A stretch of 64,000 bases of DNA from an uncultured delta proteobacterium. Lineage in GTDB: Bacteria; Desulfobacterota; Syntrophia; Syntrophales; Smithellaceae. How positions within the stretch are numbered: position 1 is the first letter of the stretch; the number at the start of each line of letters is the position of its first letter. The stretch lies in assembly GCA_963726395.1 (NCBI GenBank), contig CAVSCG010000022.1:8345-72344 (forward strand), written 5' to 3'. The position numbers and the translations under genes were made by a program. Under the pieces are notes generated by a model. It was not told the origin of the DNA, searched no databases, and saw only the letters and a list, made by a program, of their open reading frames with translations. Shown here in pieces: positions 59,081-64,000 of the stretch.

Positions 59081-59246
59081 GGGTTATATCTTCGATAAAC
59101 GTCGAATAGGCAGCCGTTGTTTCCTTGGGCTTTTCGATCATCGGGGCATGGCCGCAGTCTTTGAAAATCATCGTTTTATGATTCCGAATGCCTTTTTCAA
59201 AAAGATTGACACCTTCCCTATTATCCCTATATAGGAAGTTACGCAT
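59061..59246 (-). pseudogene. C-terminal remnant of an alpha/beta hydrolase
   Basis: The 61-aa ORF contains ...IFKDCGHAPMIEKPKETTAAY..., the catalytic-His end of alpha/beta hydrolases. No N-terminal two-thirds is present, and it overlaps the GNAT 3' end. Confidence 0.6.
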
Positions 59247-59284
59247 TTTAATGCCTTCCCGTATAGAATGAGTATAACACGAGT

Positions 59285-59959
59285 ATGGACTTAATCCTCT
59301 ATTTTATAGATTTTTTTATTCACCTCGACCAATATCTGCCGAAAATCATCGAGATGTTTGGTGTATGGATTTATGTGATTGTATTTGTTGTTATTTTTTG
59401 CGAAACCGGCCTTGTGGTGACTCCTATCCTGCCAGGCGATTCGCTGCTTTTTACTCTGGGCGCACTGGCCGCATTGGGATCTCTGCATATTGAAGTGCTG
59501 CTCGTTTTACTTAGTATTGCGGCGATTGCCGGTGACAGCGTCAATTATTCGATTGGCCATTTTATCGGGCCGAAAGTGTTTAGCTATGAAGACAGCCGTT
59601 TTTTCAAAAAAAAATATCTTCAGAGAACGCATGATTTTTATGAGAAGCATGGCGGGAAAACGATCATCATCGCCCAGTTTATGCCCATTATCCGTACTTA
59701 TGCTCCTTTCGTAGCCGGTGTTGGCGCCATGACTTATTCTAAATTTATTTTGTTTAATGTCACTGGTTGCATCTCTTGGGTTTGTGTTTGTTTACTGAGC
59801 GGTTATTTTTTTGGCAATATACCCGTAGTCAAAAACAATTTTTCAATTGTGATCGTGGCTATAGTTATTATTTCCGTCATGCCGGGTTTCATTGCTTACT
59901 TCCGGCAGAAATTTCTTGACCGGCGAAAGGCGACAGCAGAAATGAAGGGTAATCAATGA
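59285..59959 (+). CDS. DedA-family membrane protein
   Basis: 224 aa with FCETGLVVTPILPGDSLLF and GKTIIIAQFMPIIRTYAPFVAG. Confidence 0.85.
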   Translation: MDLILYFIDFFIHLDQYLPKIIEMFGVWIYVIVFVVIFCETGLVVTPILPGDSLLFTLGALAALGSLHIEVLLVLLSIAAIAGDSVNYSIGHFIGPKVFSYEDSRFFKKKYLQRTHDFYEKHGGKTIIIAQFMPIIRTYAPFVAGVGAMTYSKFILFNVTGCISWVCVCLLSGYFFGNIPVVKNNFSIVIVAIVIISVMPGFIAYFRQKFLDRRKATAEMKGNQ

Positions 59960-60798
59960 GATTTAAATTTACTGCCATCATGGCCATAGCGTTTATATTC
60001 CTTCTGTCGCCATCCGTTGAAGCAAAAAATGTTTTCAAGGCCGGCAGTGATATAGCGGTGGAAGAAGGGCAAGCGGTGAACAATATTGTCTGCATCGGCG
60101 GTCAGGTCACGGTTAACGGGCTTGTTGAGCAAAATGTTCTGGCCATTGCCGGTTCTGTTGTTCTGACCAATAAAGCCGTCGTGCGGGGCAATGTGGTCGT
60201 CGTGGGCGGTGTTGTGGCCAAAGGCAGCGGCTCGCAGATATTTGGTGATATTACGGAAATAAATTCATCCACGCTGTCCGATGCCATTACTTCGGCTATG
60301 AGAGGAGAGCTGGATGGCTGGTCATTAATTTTAAATATTATTTCTCTGTGCTTTTTCGCCATTATCCTGATTATCGCGCTGATCATGACATTGTTGATCC
60401 CCCGGTCATTGGCCATTATTGCCAATGCCATTCAGACAAACAAGATAAAATCTTTGTTATGGGGTTTTCTGACAACTTTGATGATCGTACCCTTCTTTAT
60501 GCTACTGGCCATATCCATTATCGGCATCTTTTTAATACCGCTGGCGTTCACAGCTCTGCTCTTGGCAGCTATTGTCGGTTTTATCGCGTTTAGTTCACTT
60601 CTGGGTAATTTTATCATCACCAAAATCTTCCACGGATATAAGAAATCACTGGTTAAGGAGACGCTGGTAGGATTAAGTTTGTTATGGATTCTAGGCTGGA
60701 TACCCTTCTATATCGGAATGCTGATTAAAGTTTTAGCCATTACCTTTGGATTGGGCGGTGTCTGGCTGACGCTCACTCGCAGAAAAGCAAACCATTAG
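59956..60798 (+). CDS. membrane protein with N-terminal periplasmic beta-helix-like repeat region
   Basis: Signal peptide, then V/G-rich repeats (VCIGGQVTVNG, LAIAGSVVLTN, VVVVGGVVAKG) reminiscent of polymer-forming/bactofilin-like folds, then about 5 TM. Confidence 0.5.
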   Translation: MRFKFTAIMAIAFIFLLSPSVEAKNVFKAGSDIAVEEGQAVNNIVCIGGQVTVNGLVEQNVLAIAGSVVLTNKAVVRGNVVVVGGVVAKGSGSQIFGDITEINSSTLSDAITSAMRGELDGWSLILNIISLCFFAIILIIALIMTLLIPRSLAIIANAIQTNKIKSLLWGFLTTLMIVPFFMLLAISIIGIFLIPLAFTALLLAAIVGFIAFSSLLGNFIITKIFHGYKKSLVKETLVGLSLLWILGWIPFYIGMLIKVLAITFGLGGVWLTLTRRKANH

Positions 60799-60887
60799 AA
60801 AAGCGCCGCCTCTATACCTGCTCCCTTTCCCCAGTTTATGCGAGCCATTAATATCAATACGCACTCTGCCGACATTGAACCTTCAAT

Positions 60888-61661
60888 CTACAACCATTCC
60901 TCAGAAAGCGGATTGCCTTGGATGCTAATGATGACAGCTTTTAGCGGCACTTTTCTTGTCGCCTTTTGCAAGGCAGTCTGGGTAATTTGGATTAATCCCC
61001 GACAACAGGGCACTTGCATCATCACCACGGTCAGCGTGTTGATCTTGGCTTCATCCACCATCCGGCGGATTTTTTCTATATATTCATCCTGCCCCTCGTC
61101 GAGTTTGGGACAAGCAATGGCCAGGCTTTTGCCTTTTAGATACCTTGCGTGAAAATCGCCTAAGGTAAAAGCCACACAGTCCGCGGCCAACACAACATCT
61201 TTGCCTCGGAAAAAATCAGCGGCGGGATTGACGAGATGCAATTGAATCGGCCAGTGAGTCAGTTCGGATAGCTGCTCACCTGCCTGCGCTTTGCTGGGGA
61301 TAGTCTGCGCCTTACGTTCAAATACGGCGTGAGCCGATCCAGGACAACCGCCTGCGGGGCTCATGGCATAAAGATTTTGCGGCGTTGATTTGCCATGATC
61401 CGATCGAGTGTCTTCCCGCTTTTTGCGGGCAATGGTTTCCTGAACCTGTTTTTCATCAAAAGAATCGGCCTCGCGTTCTTCGATGGTCAAAGCGCCTTCG
61501 GGGCACTCGCCCAGGCACGCTCCCAGTCCGTCACAAAAAACATCGTTGACCAGCCTGGCCTTCCCGTCGATGATTTTTATCGCTTCTTCATGACAACTCG
61601 GCACACACAAACCACAGCCGGTGCATTTATCTTCATCGATTTTGATAATCTTGCGTATCAT
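60888..61661 (-). CDS. 4Fe-4S dicluster-domain protein
   Basis: The N-terminus has CTGCGLCVPSC and CDGLGACLGEC. The C-terminal domain carries a CPKL...VPCC motif. Confidence 0.7.
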   Translation of the reverse strand: MIRKIIKIDEDKCTGCGLCVPSCHEEAIKIIDGKARLVNDVFCDGLGACLGECPEGALTIEEREADSFDEKQVQETIARKKREDTRSDHGKSTPQNLYAMSPAGGCPGSAHAVFERKAQTIPSKAQAGEQLSELTHWPIQLHLVNPAADFFRGKDVVLAADCVAFTLGDFHARYLKGKSLAIACPKLDEGQDEYIEKIRRMVDEAKINTLTVVMMQVPCCRGLIQITQTALQKATRKVPLKAVIISIQGNPLSEEWL

Positions 61662-61714
61662 GTAATTCCCCCCTGCTTTTCAGAGTGAGGTCACCGTATA
61701 AATGCGACTTGACC

Positions 61715-62716
<1,002 letters not shown>

Positions 62717-62788
62717 TCAATCGCATGAGCTCCGGGATAATGTCCGATTATGAGTAGCATGGCACAAAAACCATGCCACTCATGAATT

Positions 62789-64000
62789 TTAAAACTCAAA
62801 GGAAATACCCGTCTTGAAGGTTCTTCCCGGCATAGGGTAATAGCTCGAACCATAACCCCAATCAGAACCGAAGGAAGAATATTTCACGTCAGCAATATTA
62901 TCGACACCCAGAAAAGCCGTCAGGTCAAGTGTTCGGAAGGTATATTTCCATAAGAGGCATAAAAATTAAGCAGTGTATGATCATCAAGTTTTTCTGCATT
63001 GTTGTCGAAATCGCCGGAAAGGAAGGCATCACTCACATACTGTATTTCAGGACTTAATGTTATATTATAGGGCAGATAAATTTCCACTCCCGCATTGGCC
63101 ATATGATGGGGAACCAAGCGGCATCTCTTTTTTATTATTAACCCCATCCTCAAAAGTGGCCTTATGATACGTGTAATTTCCGAAAACCTTGAAATATTTC
63201 GGCCAGAGATAGGAAAGAAAAACTTCCACCCCATCATGGCGCGTTTTTCCGGTGTTTTGATTTATCAAGGTCGGAAAGTGTCGACTAATCGATTTCATCT
63301 TCCATATCAATCCGGAAAACCGTCAGGCCAATTTTCAGATGTTCCAGAGGATAAAATTCCGTGCCTGCTTCCATACTGATTCCTTTTTCTTCTTCAGATA
63401 TCGTTAAGAAAACATCCACCTCCAAACCATTGAAATAGGCCATTTCGTCGAGAAAAGGAATACGGTAAACCGTGCTGTATTTGTGAAAACTTTCGATTTT
63501 TTGCCCACAAAGCCAGGTTAGTCCCGTTTCATAAGCTTCGGCATCATAAGTATTTTTCGTATCTGTGAAACTGTCGCCGGAATGGGAAAAATCAGTATTC
63601 GAACCATCTGATTTCTGTCCGTTCGTACCGGTAACCGGCGCTGAGAATGAGATTTTTCAAAATACTGAATTCATCGCGAATATAGTATCCCAGAGACTTA
63701 CGCGTAAGATCCGCAGTGCCTGATTGTGAGGTTCTCTCCCGATCGCTGAAAATATCTTTTTTATAAGATTCGTTATAATAATCCATCCCCGCAATCACTT
63801 TATTTTGAAATCCGAAAATTTCTTTGGCCAGAATATATCTCGGCGTAATGCCGTATGTGTCGGCATATGTATCGGAAAAGCGTAAGGAAACCATGGCGCA
63901 GACCAAGACGCCATATTGCATTTGCAGATCTTTTTTACCATACAGAAAATTGATTTCGAACTGCCCCAATGATCCCCAGAATGATTTAACACCCAGATTG
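62789..64000 (-). pseudogene. TonB-dependent receptor, C-terminal part, multiply frameshifted (runs off the window end)
   Basis: The minus strand ends ...SSYYPMPGRTFKTGISFEF-TAA at 62791-62789, the TonB-dependent receptor C-terminal signature. Beta-barrel-like fragments are spread over three frames (ORFs 62920-63237, 63065-63310, 63592-63969). Confidence 0.65.

Overview
This 64-kb window is mostly chromosomal core genome from a Gram-negative bacterium. The gene content (sigma-54 two-component system, DUF3795, class II cytochrome c, LDH-type malate dehydrogenase, many Cys-rich and Fe-S proteins) suggests a Desulfobacterota-like anaerobe, but that is inference only. Recognisable blocks:
- rimP-nusA (window start)
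- an envelope cluster: rhodanese lipoprotein, glycine-zipper/OmpA lipoprotein, beta-barrel OMP, cytochrome c'
- tatA-tatC-PBP1A
- an M48 protease and a two-subunit MaoC dehydratase
- an NtrC-type regulator with its HAMP histidine kinase
- prfC, tRNA-Gly, an LpxL-like acyltransferase, lnt, and a Sir2 deacylase
- a YhiI/RbbA/YhhJ-type ABC exporter operon
- tRNA-Thr and rpsT
- an acyl-CoA dehydrogenase plus thiolase
- gap-pgk-tpiA facing pyk
- a PFK-2/FBPase-2-like gene and mobB
- pgpA-cinA-thpR-recA-recX-alaS
- mdh and a decayed TonB-dependent receptor (window end)

I found no defence island, CRISPR array, prophage or transposase, and no convincing novel multi-gene protein system.

The non-standard signals are non-coding:
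1. Three about 90-93 % identical intergenic modules are interleaved with the envelope genes. They could be an sRNA family or a shared regulatory cassette.
2. A 635-nt ORF-less group II intron has a canonical domain V. It is bracketed, together with the acyltransferase gene, by about 50-nt direct repeats.
3. A hairpin-dense GC-rich island at 2470-2760 contains a domain-V-like hairpin.
4. A 55-nt repeat pair lies 26 kb apart.
5. A 2 x 77-bp tandem duplication forms the prfC leader.
6. A GAAC-N4-GTTC (LexA/Cheo-type) palindrome overlaps the promoter of the recA-containing cluster.

Major caveat: about 20 single-base frameshifts interrupt otherwise conserved genes, including pgk twice. Several sit in homopolymer runs, so many apparent pseudogenes, and an apparent TatC-PBP1A fusion, are probably assembly artefacts.
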